A stretch of 43,829 bases of DNA from Paracoccaceae bacterium (GCA_003551925.1 PUOA01000076.1:1-43829), one strand, 5' to 3'; counted from the first letter of the stretch, positions 1 through 9,434 are shown. The notes: a model not told the origin generated them from the sequence alone. Numbers and translations are program-made.

Positions 1-224
1 CAGGTGCCGCGGTTGGCGTTCACGCCCTGATTGTTGCGCCGATGCGTGGCCGATCGCGACCCCGACACCACCCAGCATTCGCGCGGCTCGTCCTCGACGA
101 ACACGCTCCACGCGGTTTCCACGGCAACCCGGCTGTCGGACGCGTCCTCCTCGGCGGCGACGGGTGCGGCGGCGATCACCGCGGTGGCAAGGGCAAGGCG
201 CGTTGCTCGTCTCAGTGCTCTCAT
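1..224 (-). CDS. IalB (invasion-associated locus B)-family exported protein, 5' part only (runs off window start)
   Basis: Not in the ORF track; translated by hand from the ATG at 224: MRALRRATRLALATAVIAAAPVAAEEDASDSRVAVETAWSVFVEDEPRECWVVSG... It has a signal peptide and the WSVFVE-x4-CW pattern of Rhodobacteraceae IalB-like proteins; GGAG at 237-240. Confidence 0.7.
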   Translation of the reverse strand, partial: MRALRRATRLALATAVIAAAPVAAEEDASDSRVAVETAWSVFVEDEPRECWVVSGSRSATHRRNNQGVNANRGT

Positions 225-398
225 GTGCCTAATGATCTCCAGCCTCTGCTTCCGCCTCAGCATGCCGGCGCTGCGCACACGGCTGCCCCACTGGTGCTGC
301 GTAGGGTCTGTCTGTATCAGCATGTCTAGCGCGAATGCGCAAAGCGGCGAAAGACCTGTCGGCGAAAAATCGCGCAGGCGTGAGCAGGAGAGAGCACG

Positions 399-1415
399 AT
401 GCCCACCGACGCGACGACCCTGGCAGCGGGGGCGGTGCCGATGATCGATGTCTGGCGCGGCGCGCGGGTGGAAAGCGCCCATTCCGGGCATGCGGTGATC
501 TGCGATGCGCAAGGCCGCGTGGTCGAAGCCTGGGGCAACCCCGACGCGGTGATCTATCCGCGCTCCTCGGCCAAGATGATCCAGGCGCTGCCGCTTCTGG
601 ACAGCGGCGCGGGGGCGCGGCTCTCGGCCGCGCAACTTGCGCTGGCCTGCGCCTCGCATCAGGGGGCGGCGGTGCATGTGGAAACGGTGCGGCGCTGGCT
701 CGTCGATCTGGGCGCGACCGAGGCCGATCTGCGCTGCGGTGCGCATGAACCGAAGGATCAGGCCACGCGCGACGCGCTGACTCGTGCAGGGGATGCTCCG
801 TGCCAGTTGCACAACAACTGCTCGGGCAAGCATGCGGGCTTCGTGATGCTGGCGCGGCACCTGCGCGCAGGGGCCGACTATGTCGAGCGCGACCACCCCG
901 TCCAGCGCGCCGTCGCCGCCTGCATGGACGAGGTGACGGGCGTGGCCTCGCCCGGCTGGGGGATCGATGGCTGCGCGGCGCCCAATTTCGCCACCACCGT
1001 CGCGGGTCTGGCCCGCGCCATGGCCGCCTTCGCCGCGGCCGACCGGGGCGGGGATGCGCGCGCCGGCGCCATGGTCCGACTGCGCGAGGCGATGATGGCG
1101 CACCCCGATCTGGTGGCGGGCGAGGGGCGCGCCTGCACCGAGTTGATGCGCGCGATGGACGGGCGCGCGGCCATCAAGACAGGCGCCGAGGCCGTGTTCG
1201 TGGCCATCCTGCCGGCGCAGGGGATGGGTATCGCGCTCAAGATCGTCGACGGGGCAACCCGTGCGGCCGAGGCCGCGATCACGGCGCTCCTGATCCGTGC
1301 GGGCGTGCTGGCCGCCGATCACCCCGCCGCGCGCGCCCGGCTGGGTGGGCCCTTGCGCAATCACCGGGGCATGATCACCGGGCATCTGGCCTGTGCGCCG
1401 GGCTTTCCGGGCTGA
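399..1415 (+). CDS. L-asparaginase II (Rhizobium etli-type, class 3)
   Basis: Motifs RSSAK, CASHQG, NNCSGKH, DGC and KTGAE; SD AGGAG upstream of the start. Confidence 0.9.
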   Translation: MPTDATTLAAGAVPMIDVWRGARVESAHSGHAVICDAQGRVVEAWGNPDAVIYPRSSAKMIQALPLLDSGAGARLSAAQLALACASHQGAAVHVETVRRWLVDLGATEADLRCGAHEPKDQATRDALTRAGDAPCQLHNNCSGKHAGFVMLARHLRAGADYVERDHPVQRAVAACMDEVTGVASPGWGIDGCAAPNFATTVAGLARAMAAFAAADRGGDARAGAMVRLREAMMAHPDLVAGEGRACTELMRAMDGRAAIKTGAEAVFVAILPAQGMGIALKIVDGATRAAEAAITALLIRAGVLAADHPAARARLGGPLRNHRGMITGHLACAPGFPG

Positions 1416-1460
1416 GCGAATCGGTGGCCCCGCTGCGGGTGTCATGCTATCCGTAGTGGC

Positions 1461-3299
1461 ATGACGCGCCACGACCCCAACATCAGCCCCGTGATCCGCC
1501 AACTGGCCGAGGCCGAGGTCAACCGCATCGCCGCCGGCGAGGTGATCGAACGCCCCGCCTCGGCGGTCAAGGAACTGGTGGAGAACGCGCTCGATGCCGG
1601 CGCGCGCAGCGTCGATGTGGCGATGGCCGATGGTGGAAAGACGCTGATCCGGGTGCGCGATGACGGCCACGGGATTGCCGCCGATGCGCTGCCGCTGGCG
1701 CTGTCGCGGCATGCGACGTCGAAACTCGATGGCGGCGATCTGCTCAACATCCGGTTCTTCGGCTTCCGGGGCGAGGCGCTGGCCTCGCTCGGCGCGGTCG
1801 GGCGGCTGAGCATCACCTCGCGCGCGAAGGGCGCTTCCGAAGCCGCGCAGTTGCGCGTCAGCGGCGGGCGGCCGGAGCCCGTGCGCCCCGCCGCGCTGGG
1901 CGCGGGAACCGTGGTCGAGCTGCGCGACATCTTCCACGCCACGCCCGCGCGGCTGAAATTCATGCGCTCCGACCGCGCCGAGGCGCAGGCGATTGGCGAC
2001 ATCGTCCGCCGGCTGGCGATGGCCGAGCCGCATGTGGCGGTCTCGCTCACCGATGTCTCGGACGGGGGCGAGCGCGTGGTGTTCCGCGCTCCGGCCGAGC
2101 CCGGCGCGCTGTTCGATGCGCTCAGCGCGCGGCTGGCGCGCGTGCTGGGCCGCGGCTTCGTCGACAACGCCGTGCGGGTCGAGGCCGAGCGCGACGGCGT
2201 GGTGCTGTTCGGGCTGGCAGCGCTGCCCACCTTTTCGCGCGGCGCGGCGGTGGCGCAGCATCTGTTCGTCAACGGCCGGCCCGTGCGCGACAAGCTGCTG
2301 ATCGGCGCGCTGAAGGCCGGATACAGCGACCTTTTGCCGCGCGGGCGGCACCCGATGGCGGCGCTGCACCTCGATTGCCCGCCCGAGGCCGTGGATGTCA
2401 ACGTCCACCCCGCCAAGACCGAAGTCCGTTTCCGCGACCCCGGCACGGTGCGCGGGCTGCTGGTCGGCGCGCTGCGCCACGCGCTGGCAGGCGCCGGGCA
2501 CCGCTCGGCGAGCGCTCCGTGGGCGGCATCGCTGGGCGGGTCGTCGCCCCCCAGCCGCGCGCCCGCGCGTCCGTCAAGCGCCGCGCTGGGCACCGCGCGC
2601 GCCGCACAGGCGCCGTGGGGATTCGCCGAGGCTTCGTCCGGCGATGCGCAAACCGCCTTTGCCGTTGCGCCCTCGGCCCGTGCCGAGCTTGCGCCGGAGC
2701 CTGTGCCGGAGGTCGGAGAGCACCCCCTCGGTGCCGCGCGCGCGCAGTTGCACGGCACCTATATCGTTGCGCAGACCGCCGACGGTGTGGGGATCGTGGA
2801 CCAGCACGCCGCGCATGAGCGGCTGGTCTATGAGCGGCTCAAGCGCGCGCGGGCCGAGGCCGGCGTGCCCGCGCAGGCGCTGCTGATTCCCGAAATCGTG
2901 GAGATGCCCCCCGACGATGCCACCTGCCTGCTGGCCCGCGCGCCCGATCTGGCGCGGCTCGGGCTGGTGATCGAGGCGTTCGGCGGCGACGCCGTCGCGG
3001 TGCGCGAGATCCCGGCGGCGCTGGGCGAGGTCGATGCCGGGGCACTTCTGGCCGATATCGTGGACGAACTGCGCGATCTGGCGCATAGCGACGCGCTCGA
3101 AGCGCGGCTGGACGCGATCCTGTCGCGCATGGCCTGCCACGGGTCCGTCCGCGCGGGCCGCGCGATGCGCGTGGACGAGATGAATGCGCTCCTGCGCGAG
3201 ATGGAACGCACCCCGCATTCGGGCCAGTGCAATCACGGCCGCCCGACATGGGTGCAGCTCAGCCGCGCCGATCTGGAGCGGCTGTTCGAACGGCGCTGA
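1461..3299 (+). CDS. mutL: DNA mismatch repair endonuclease MutL
   Basis: NRIAAGEVIERPASAVKELVENALDAGA, GFRGEAL, DVNVHPAK, endonuclease motif DQHAAHER, clamp-binding QALLIP, ACH and CNHGRP. Confidence 0.99.
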   Translation: MTRHDPNISPVIRQLAEAEVNRIAAGEVIERPASAVKELVENALDAGARSVDVAMADGGKTLIRVRDDGHGIAADALPLALSRHATSKLDGGDLLNIRFFGFRGEALASLGAVGRLSITSRAKGASEAAQLRVSGGRPEPVRPAALGAGTVVELRDIFHATPARLKFMRSDRAEAQAIGDIVRRLAMAEPHVAVSLTDVSDGGERVVFRAPAEPGALFDALSARLARVLGRGFVDNAVRVEAERDGVVLFGLAALPTFSRGAAVAQHLFVNGRPVRDKLLIGALKAGYSDLLPRGRHPMAALHLDCPPEAVDVNVHPAKTEVRFRDPGTVRGLLVGALRHALAGAGHRSASAPWAASLGGSSPPSRAPARPSSAALGTARAAQAPWGFAEASSGDAQTAFAVAPSARAELAPEPVPEVGEHPLGAARAQLHGTYIVAQTADGVGIVDQHAAHERLVYERLKRARAEAGVPAQALLIPEIVEMPPDDATCLLARAPDLARLGLVIEAFGGDAVAVREIPAALGEVDAGALLADIVDELRDLAHSDALEARLDAILSRMACHGSVRAGRAMRVDEMNALLREMERTPHSGQCNHGRPTWVQLSRADLERLFERR

Positions 3300-3302
3300 A
3301 CG

Positions 3303-3989
3303 TCAGATCCGAAAGAATGGCTGCGCCAGTCGCGGCAACAGTCCGCGGAACTTGAGCGGCGCGTCGGTGACCGCCAGGCAGATGCAGTCATCACCGACTT
3401 CGGCAACGGGTGTATGGTGGGTCTCTTCGGTGGCGATCTCGATATCGCCGGGGCCGAAGCGGTCGTGTTCATCCTGGAACGCGCCCTTCAGGACAAGCGT
3501 GATCTCGGTGCCGTGGTGGCCGTGATCCGGCACCGCCACGCCGCCCGGGATCAGCAAGAGCCGCGCGCTCGCCTGCGCCGAGGTCGGCAGGATTGCCTGC
3601 CGCACCCCTCCGCCGACGCTGCGCCAGGTCACCGCGTCCAGATCGCCGCCGACATACTCGGCAAGCGGGGCCGGAAACAGCCCGGTCCGGTGCGCGGGGT
3701 CCGGAGCCTCGGACCGCCGCGTTGCGGGGGGCATCGTGTCGCCGCCGCATTGCGACGTTGCCTCGGCCTTGATCCGGCGCATCGTGTCTGCCAGCGCGCC
3801 CTGCGACATGGCCGCGGCGGGCCGGGTCTCCTCGAGCAACGCGCCGCCGACCGCGTCGAAGCTTTCCAGCCGCGCGCGGCACGCGTCGCAGAGCGAGACA
3901 TGCGTGGCAACCACCAGGTTGAACGCCTCGGGCAGGGTGCCTGCAGAGTAGGCCATCAACAGCTCGTCGGTGAGGTGGTGTCGAATCAT
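3303..3989 (-). CDS. chrR: Anti-sigma factor ChrR (zinc anti-sigma domain plus cupin)
   Basis: True start MIRHHLTDELL at 3989 overlaps the rpoE stop (ATGA). Has HxxxCxxC (HVSLCDAC) and cupin motifs HGH..E..LVLKG, HTP, CICL. Confidence 0.95.
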   Translation of the reverse strand: MIRHHLTDELLMAYSAGTLPEAFNLVVATHVSLCDACRARLESFDAVGGALLEETRPAAAMSQGALADTMRRIKAEATSQCGGDTMPPATRRSEAPDPAHRTGLFPAPLAEYVGGDLDAVTWRSVGGGVRQAILPTSAQASARLLLIPGGVAVPDHGHHGTEITLVLKGAFQDEHDRFGPGDIEIATEETHHTPVAEVGDDCICLAVTDAPLKFRGLLPRLAQPFFRI

Positions 3990-4669
3990 TGCCGTGTACC
4001 TTCGTGGCTCAGTGCATGGCGGAGTTTTTCCAACGCCATGCGTATGCGTGACTTGATGGTGCCAAGCGGCAAACCGGTGAGTTCTGCGATCTCGCTGTGG
4101 CTGAGATCGCCGAAATACGCGCGCTCGATCAGCACGCGTTGCTTTTCGGGCAGTTGGGCGAGCGCCTCGGCAAGCCGTTCGCTGTCCTGTTGAAAGGAGA
4201 GCACGTCGAACTGGTCGGGCTCTTCCTCGGGACCCCAGGCAAGCTCTTCGGGCTCGGGTCGGCGCTGGCGGCGCAGCAGATCGATCCGGCGGTTGCGCGC
4301 GATGGTATAGATCCAGGTCGCGGCGCTGGCCCGGGTCGGGTCGAATTGCGGCGCCTTGCGCCAGACCGTGACCATGACGTCCTGCACGCATTCCTCGGCG
4401 CTGGCCTCGTCGGCGCCCGACTTCATCAGGAATGCCTTCAGCCGCGGGGCGAAATGCGCAAACAGGCGCGCGAACGCCTCGGCGTCCTGCGCCCGGGCGA
4501 TACGGCGCACCTCCTCCACCCAGTCGATATTTCCCTGTTGGAGGTCAGACAACCAGACACGCTCCTGCACCACGCGCAGCACGCGTCGCCGCGCGTGCTC
4601 GGGCGCACGATAGGGCAGGCGCGCCGGTGATGCACCTGCAAATTGCGGCTGTCGGGCGGTGACTGTCAT
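3986..4669 (-). CDS. rpoE: ECF sigma factor RpoE (singlet-oxygen response); alternative TTG start at 4552
   Basis: AEECVQDV, WIYTIARNRRID and EIAELTGLPLGTIKSRIR; translationally coupled to chrR. Confidence 0.95.
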   Translation of the reverse strand: MTVTARQPQFAGASPARLPYRAPEHARRRVLRVVQERVWLSDLQQGNIDWVEEVRRIARAQDAEAFARLFAHFAPRLKAFLMKSGADEASAEECVQDVMVTVWRKAPQFDPTRASAATWIYTIARNRRIDLLRRQRRPEPEELAWGPEEEPDQFDVLSFQQDSERLAEALAQLPEKQRVLIERAYFGDLSHSEIAELTGLPLGTIKSRIRMALEKLRHALSHEGTRQ

Positions 4670-4677
4670 GTTCGTGT

Positions 4678-4703
4678 TACGCGGTGTCCCGCGCGCTGGA
4701 TCA
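4678..4703 (-). promoter_or_regulatory. sigmaE-dependent promoter of rpoE-chrR
   Basis: Minus strand reads TGATCC-N15-GCGTA, the Rhodobacter sigmaE consensus. Confidence 0.9.
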
Positions 4704-4756
4704 CCATTCTGCGCGCGAAATCCGAACCCTGTTGTCCGACGCCACCGCAGGCTATG

Positions 4757-4782
4757 TCATCCGGCGGCGTCACAGCCGCGTA
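4757..4782 (+). promoter_or_regulatory. sigmaE-dependent promoter of the ufaD operon
   Basis: TCATCC-N15-GCGTA (one mismatch in the -35 element), 32 nt upstream of the ATG at 4815. Shares CCGCGTAACA with the divergent promoter. Confidence 0.85.
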
Positions 4783-4814
4783 ACAAGACCGACAAGACCA
4801 TCAGGAGTGGCTGA

Positions 4815-6113
4815 ATGCCCTTTGAACATATCGAGACCCCGCCGCGCAGGACTGCAATTGTCGGAGGGGGGATCACGGGGCTGTCAGCCGCCCATCACCT
4901 TGCCGGAGCGCACGATATCGTCCTGTTCGAAGCCGAGAAACGGCTTGGCGGGCACGCGCGCACCGTGATGGCGGGCAAGCGCGGCGACCAGCCGGTGGAC
5001 ACCGGGTTCATCGTGTTCAACCATGTCAACTATCCGCGGATGCTGCGCATGTTCCGCGAACTCGACGTCCCGACCACCGAATCGAACATGAGCTTCGGCG
5101 CGTCGTTCGAGGGCGGGCGCTGCGAATACAGCCTGTCGGGGCTGGACGAGATCTTCGCCACGCGGCGCAACCTTGCCTCGCCGCGCTTTCTGCGGATGCT
5201 GCGCGACATCGTGCGCTTCAACCGCGACGGGCCGGCGCTGGCTGCGGGGCGCGACATCACCATCGGCGCGCTGATGGAGGAACTCGGCACCGGCGCGTGG
5301 TTCCGCGAGCGGTATCTGCTGCCGTTTTCGGGCGCGATCTGGTCGACGCCCACGCAGAAGGTGCTCGACTTCCCCGCCGCGGCGATGCTCGATTTCTTCC
5401 GCAATCACGGGCTGTTGGGCTATCACGGGCAGCACCAGTGGTACACGGTGCAGGGCGGCTCGATCCAGTATGTGTCTCGGCTGGAACGGTCCTTGCGCGA
5501 GCGCGGCGCCGAGCTGCGCACCGGCGCGCCGGTCGCCGCGGTGCGCCGCACGCCCACCGGGGTCGAGCTGCGCGCGCAGGGCGGCGAGTGGGAAGCGTTC
5601 GACGAGGTGATCTTCGCCACGCATTCCGACGTCACGCTGTCCATCCTGTCCGACCCCACGCCCACCGAGGCGCAGGCGCTCGCCGCCGTGCGCTACCAGC
5701 CGAACGAGGCGATCCTGCATTGCGACCCGTCGGTGATGCCGCGCCGGCGCAAGTGCTGGGCAAGCTGGGTCTACACCGAACGCGGGCCGCAGGACCGCGA
5801 GCGCATATCGCTCAGCTACTGGATGAATTCGCTGCAGCCGATCCCGCACGACGACCCGATGTTCGTGACGCTCAACGCCAACCATCCGGTGCGCGAGGAA
5901 TGCATCTACGACACCGTCACCTTCGCCCACCCGATGTTCGACACCGCCGCGCTGCAGGCGCAAAAGACGCTGGGCGCGCTCAACGGCACCGCGTCCACCT
6001 GGTATGCAGGCGCGTGGATGCGCAACGGGTTCCACGAGGACGGATTCGCCACCGCCGCCGAGGTGGCCGAGGCGATCCTGGCCAAGGCCAGCCCGGCCGT
6101 GGCCGCGCAATGA
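4815..6113 (+). CDS. ufaD: FAD-dependent oxidoreductase/desaturase of furan fatty acid synthesis (RSP1091-like)
   Basis: GGGITG Rossmann motif, RLGGHART, VDTGFIVFN..NYP and GAW.RNGFHEDG; lies divergent from rpoE as in R. sphaeroides. Confidence 0.85.
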   Translation: MPFEHIETPPRRTAIVGGGITGLSAAHHLAGAHDIVLFEAEKRLGGHARTVMAGKRGDQPVDTGFIVFNHVNYPRMLRMFRELDVPTTESNMSFGASFEGGRCEYSLSGLDEIFATRRNLASPRFLRMLRDIVRFNRDGPALAAGRDITIGALMEELGTGAWFRERYLLPFSGAIWSTPTQKVLDFPAAAMLDFFRNHGLLGYHGQHQWYTVQGGSIQYVSRLERSLRERGAELRTGAPVAAVRRTPTGVELRAQGGEWEAFDEVIFATHSDVTLSILSDPTPTEAQALAAVRYQPNEAILHCDPSVMPRRRKCWASWVYTERGPQDRERISLSYWMNSLQPIPHDDPMFVTLNANHPVREECIYDTVTFAHPMFDTAALQAQKTLGALNGTASTWYAGAWMRNGFHEDGFATAAEVAEAILAKASPAVAAQ

Positions 6114-6871
6114 GCGTGGTGGAACAGGTCTCGGGGCGCACCTTTCACGGGCGGCGCGGCGCGGTGGAGAACCGCTTCACCTATTCGGTGGACTATGTGC
6201 TGCTGGACGCTGAAAATGCCCCGCGCACGCCGTGGCTGATGTCGCGCAACCGCGCCAACCTGACCGCGTTGCACGATGCCGACCACGGCGGCGCGCCGGG
6301 CGCCGGGCGCGGCGCGGCGTGGGTGCGCGAGCTGCTGGCCGCGCACGGCATGGCCGAGGCGACAGCGGGGCGGCTGATGCTGCTCGCGCAGCCGCGGATG
6401 CTGGGGCATGTGTTCAACCCGGTCAGCTTCTGGCTGTGCCACGACAGGGACGACCGCCTGCGCGTGGTGATCGCCGAGGTCAACAACACCTTCGGCGACC
6501 GCCATTCGTATCTGTGCCACCACGACGACCTGCGCCCCATCACCGCCACCGACACGCTGGGCGCGCGCAAGGTGTTCCACGTCTCGCCCTTCCAGCCGGT
6601 CGAGGGCGACTATACCTTCCGCTTCGACATCCGCGCCGACCGGGTAGGCATCTGGATCGACTACGGGCGCGGCAATGGCGGGCTGCTGGCGACGCTGACG
6701 GGCCGACGTCGGCGGCTGACCAGCGCGGGGGTGTTGTGGTCGCTGCTGCGCCGGCCGCTGGGCTCGCGCCGGGTGCTGGCGCTGATCCACTGGCAGGCGC
6801 TGCGGCTGTGGTGGCGCGGGGCGCGCTACCGCCCCCGCCCCGACCCGCCGCTGGACGAGGTGAGCCGATGA
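6110..6871 (+). CDS. ufaO: DUF1365 family protein, putative furan-ring-forming enzyme (RSP1090-like)
   Basis: Start MSVVEQVSG (ATGA overlap); motifs FNPVSFW, AEVNNTFGDRHSY, KVFHVSPF and IHWQALRLW. Confidence 0.85.
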   Translation: MSVVEQVSGRTFHGRRGAVENRFTYSVDYVLLDAENAPRTPWLMSRNRANLTALHDADHGGAPGAGRGAAWVRELLAAHGMAEATAGRLMLLAQPRMLGHVFNPVSFWLCHDRDDRLRVVIAEVNNTFGDRHSYLCHHDDLRPITATDTLGARKVFHVSPFQPVEGDYTFRFDIRADRVGIWIDYGRGNGGLLATLTGRRRRLTSAGVLWSLLRRPLGSRRVLALIHWQALRLWWRGARYRPRPDPPLDEVSR

Positions 6872-8127
6872 CCGACCTCGCCGCCGCCACCGCCACCCGC
6901 CGCGGCACCGCGCTGCCCGCTTATGGCGTGTTCGCGGGGCTGCTGGCGATGGCAGGGCTGCCCATCTACATCCACGCGCCGATGTTCTACGTCGATCAGC
7001 ACGGCGTCGGCCTGGGCGCTCTGGCGGCGGCGCTGTTCGTGCTGCGGATGCTCGATTTCGTGCAGGACCCGGCGCTGGCGTGGCTGGCTGCGCGCACCCG
7101 CGCGATGCGCGGGCTGACGGTCGCGGTCGCCGGCGCGGTGATGGCGGTGTCGATGCTGGGCCTCTTCGCGGTCAGTCCGCCGATCGCGCCGGTGTGGTGG
7201 TTCGGGCTGACACTGACGGGGCTGTTTTCGGCGTTCAGCTTCCTGACCATCGCCTTTTACGCCACCGGCGTTGCCAAGGGCGAGGCGTTGGGCGACGTCG
7301 GCCATGTCCGCCTTGCCGGGTGGCGCGAGACCGGGGCGCTGCTGGGCGTGTGCCTCGCCGCCGCGGCGCCGACCGCGCTGGTGCTGGTCTCGGACCAGCC
7401 GTTTGCGCTGTTCGCGGTGGGGTTTGCGGCGCTGGTGGCGCTGGGGCTGTGGCTGATGGCGGGCGAATGGGCGCGCCACCCGGGCCCGGCAGCGGACGGC
7501 GCGGGCTTCGGCGCGGTGCTGGGCGACAGCGTGGCGCGGCGGCTGCTGGTGGTGGCGTTTCTGAACGCGACGCCGGTGGCGGTGACCTCGACCCTGTTTC
7601 TGTTCTTCGTCGAAAGCCGGTTGCAGGCGCCGGGGTGGGAAGGCCCGCTGCTGGTGCTGTTCTTTCTCGCCGCCGCGGGCTCGGCGCCGCTGTGGTCGCA
7701 GGCGGCGCAGCGCTTCGGGGCGAAGCGCGTGCTGCTGGCGGGCATGGCGCTGGCCATCGCGGCCTTCGCGGCGGTGCCGCTGCTGGGGCCGGGCGATGTG
7801 TGGGGCTTCGCGCTGATCTGCCTGCTCACCGGCGCGGGGCTGGGGGCGGATCTGACGCTGCTGTCGGCGCTGTTCTCGCGCCGCATGGCCAAGGTCGTGC
7901 CCGAGGCCGCGGGAGGCTTCGGGCTCTGGGCCTTCGTGACCAAGGCCACGCTCGCCATCGCCGCGATCACCGTTCTGCCGCTGCTGGAGCTTTCGGGCTT
8001 CGAGGCCGGGCCGGACAACACCGACGCGGCGCTGATGACGCTGACGCTGCTCTATGCGGGGCTGCCCTGCATCCTGAAACTCGCGGCCATGGCGCTTCTG
8101 GCCGCAACCCCCGTCAAGGAGGGATAA
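6868..8127 (+). CDS. MFS transporter (GPH/MFS_2 sugar-cation symporter-like)
   Basis: Start MTDLAAATAT (ATGA overlap); about 12 hydrophobic segments; RMLDFVQDP, RLAGWRE, RFGAKR. Confidence 0.85.
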   Translation: MTDLAAATATRRGTALPAYGVFAGLLAMAGLPIYIHAPMFYVDQHGVGLGALAAALFVLRMLDFVQDPALAWLAARTRAMRGLTVAVAGAVMAVSMLGLFAVSPPIAPVWWFGLTLTGLFSAFSFLTIAFYATGVAKGEALGDVGHVRLAGWRETGALLGVCLAAAAPTALVLVSDQPFALFAVGFAALVALGLWLMAGEWARHPGPAADGAGFGAVLGDSVARRLLVVAFLNATPVAVTSTLFLFFVESRLQAPGWEGPLLVLFFLAAAGSAPLWSQAAQRFGAKRVLLAGMALAIAAFAAVPLLGPGDVWGFALICLLTGAGLGADLTLLSALFSRRMAKVVPEAAGGFGLWAFVTKATLAIAAITVLPLLELSGFEAGPDNTDAALMTLTLLYAGLPCILKLAAMALLAATPVKEG

Positions 8128-8130
8128 GAC

Positions 8131-8694
8131 ATGACCACGATCCTTTGGGTGCTGGCCGGGATGATCCTCGCGGCCGCGCTCCACGCCATCGGCCAGCGCA
8201 CGCTGCGCGGTTTTCCCGCCCAGCGCGCCACCGACTACGCCGGCGACGCGCCGCGCTTCGACATCCGCGAGCAGTTCAACGGGCCGCTGCGCTGCGAGGG
8301 CGTGATCTACGGCCCCCTCGGGCGCGTGAGTTCGCGCTTCACCGCGGATTTCGAGGCCCGCTGGGACGGCAACACCGGCGTCATGGACGAGCATTTCCGC
8401 TACGCCAGCGGCGCCACGCAAGACCGGCAATGGCAGCTCACGCTGGGCAATGACGGCAACATCCGGGCCGAGGCCGCCGATCTGGTCGGCACCGGGACCG
8501 GGCGGCAGGAGGGGGCGGCGGTGCATCTGCGCTACACCATCAAGCTGCCCGAAAGCGCCGGCGGCCACGCGCTCGACGTGACCGACTGGATGTATCTGGT
8601 CGAGGACGGGACCATCGTGAACCGCAGCCAGTTCCGCAAGTTCGGCATCAAGGTCGCCGAGCTGGTCGCCACCATGCGCAAGGTGCCGCAATGA
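8131..8694 (+). CDS. DUF3833 family exported or membrane-anchored protein
   Basis: N-terminal hydrophobic anchor; FDIREQFNG, DWMYL and NRSQFRKFGIKVAE; SD GGAGG. Confidence 0.8.
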   Translation: MTTILWVLAGMILAAALHAIGQRTLRGFPAQRATDYAGDAPRFDIREQFNGPLRCEGVIYGPLGRVSSRFTADFEARWDGNTGVMDEHFRYASGATQDRQWQLTLGNDGNIRAEAADLVGTGTGRQEGAAVHLRYTIKLPESAGGHALDVTDWMYLVEDGTIVNRSQFRKFGIKVAELVATMRKVPQ

Positions 8695-9434
8695 GGACAT
8701 TTCAGGGAAAACGCTACTGGCTGGTCGGCGCGTCCGAAGGGCTGGGCCGCGCGCTGGCCGAACGGATGAGCCGCGCGGGCGCGCATCTGATCCTGAGCGC
8801 GCGCGACACGGGCAAGCTGCAGGCGCTGGCCGACAGCCTGTCGGGGTCGGCCGAGGTGGTGGCCTGCGACGTCTCCGACCGCGACTCGGTCGAAGCCGCG
8901 GCAGCGGCGGCGGGCGAGATCGACGGGCTGGTCTTCCTCGCCGGGGCCTACTGGCCGTTCGGGGCCGACAAGTGGAACGCCGAGCAGGCCGAGATCATGG
9001 CCGATGTGAACTTCACCGGCGCGGTGCGCGTGCTGGGCGCAGTGGTGCCCGCCTTTGTGGAACGCAGGCGGGGGCATATCGTGCTCACCGGCAGCCTCGC
9101 GGGGTTCGGCGGGCTGCCGGGGTCGATCGGCTACAGCTCGTCCAAGGCCGGGCTGATGCATCTGGCCGAATCGATGCACGCCGACCTGCGCGGCTCGGGG
9201 GTCGATGTGCAGCTTGCCAACCCCGGCTTCATCCGCACCCGGCTGACCGACAAGAACGAGTTTCACATGCCGTTCCTGATGGAGCCCGACCAGGCCGCCG
9301 AGGCGATGTTCGCGCATATGCGCTCGGGCCACTTCAGCCGCAGCTTTCCGACGCTGTTCTCGCTTGTGTTCCGTGGCTCGCGGTTCCTGCCCGATGCGCT
9401 CTATTTTCGGGTGTTCGGCGCGCGGGGCCGATAA
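8691..9434 (+). CDS. Short-chain dehydrogenase/reductase
   Basis: GASEGLG, YSSSK catalytic motif and NPGFIRT; ATGA overlap with the upstream gene. Confidence 0.92.
   Translation: MRTFQGKRYWLVGASEGLGRALAERMSRAGAHLILSARDTGKLQALADSLSGSAEVVACDVSDRDSVEAAAAAAGEIDGLVFLAGAYWPFGADKWNAEQAEIMADVNFTGAVRVLGAVVPAFVERRRGHIVLTGSLAGFGGLPGSIGYSSSKAGLMHLAESMHADLRGSGVDVQLANPGFIRTRLTDKNEFHMPFLMEPDQAAEAMFAHMRSGHFSRSFPTLFSLVFRGSRFLPDALYFRVFGARGR

Noticed and set aside
3303-4391. Apparent long N-terminal extensions or fusions in the ORF track (chrR 362 aa, ufaO 524 aa, MFS 631 aa, choV 650 aa, betI 636 aa, rhodanese 404 aa)
   Set aside because: Artefacts of taking the most upstream start; the true starts are marked by ATGA overlaps or SD sequences, and the extensions overlap neighbouring genes.
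4783-4799. Direct repeat ACAAGACC x2 in the ufaD leader
   Set aside because: Only two 8-bp copies; no function can be supported.
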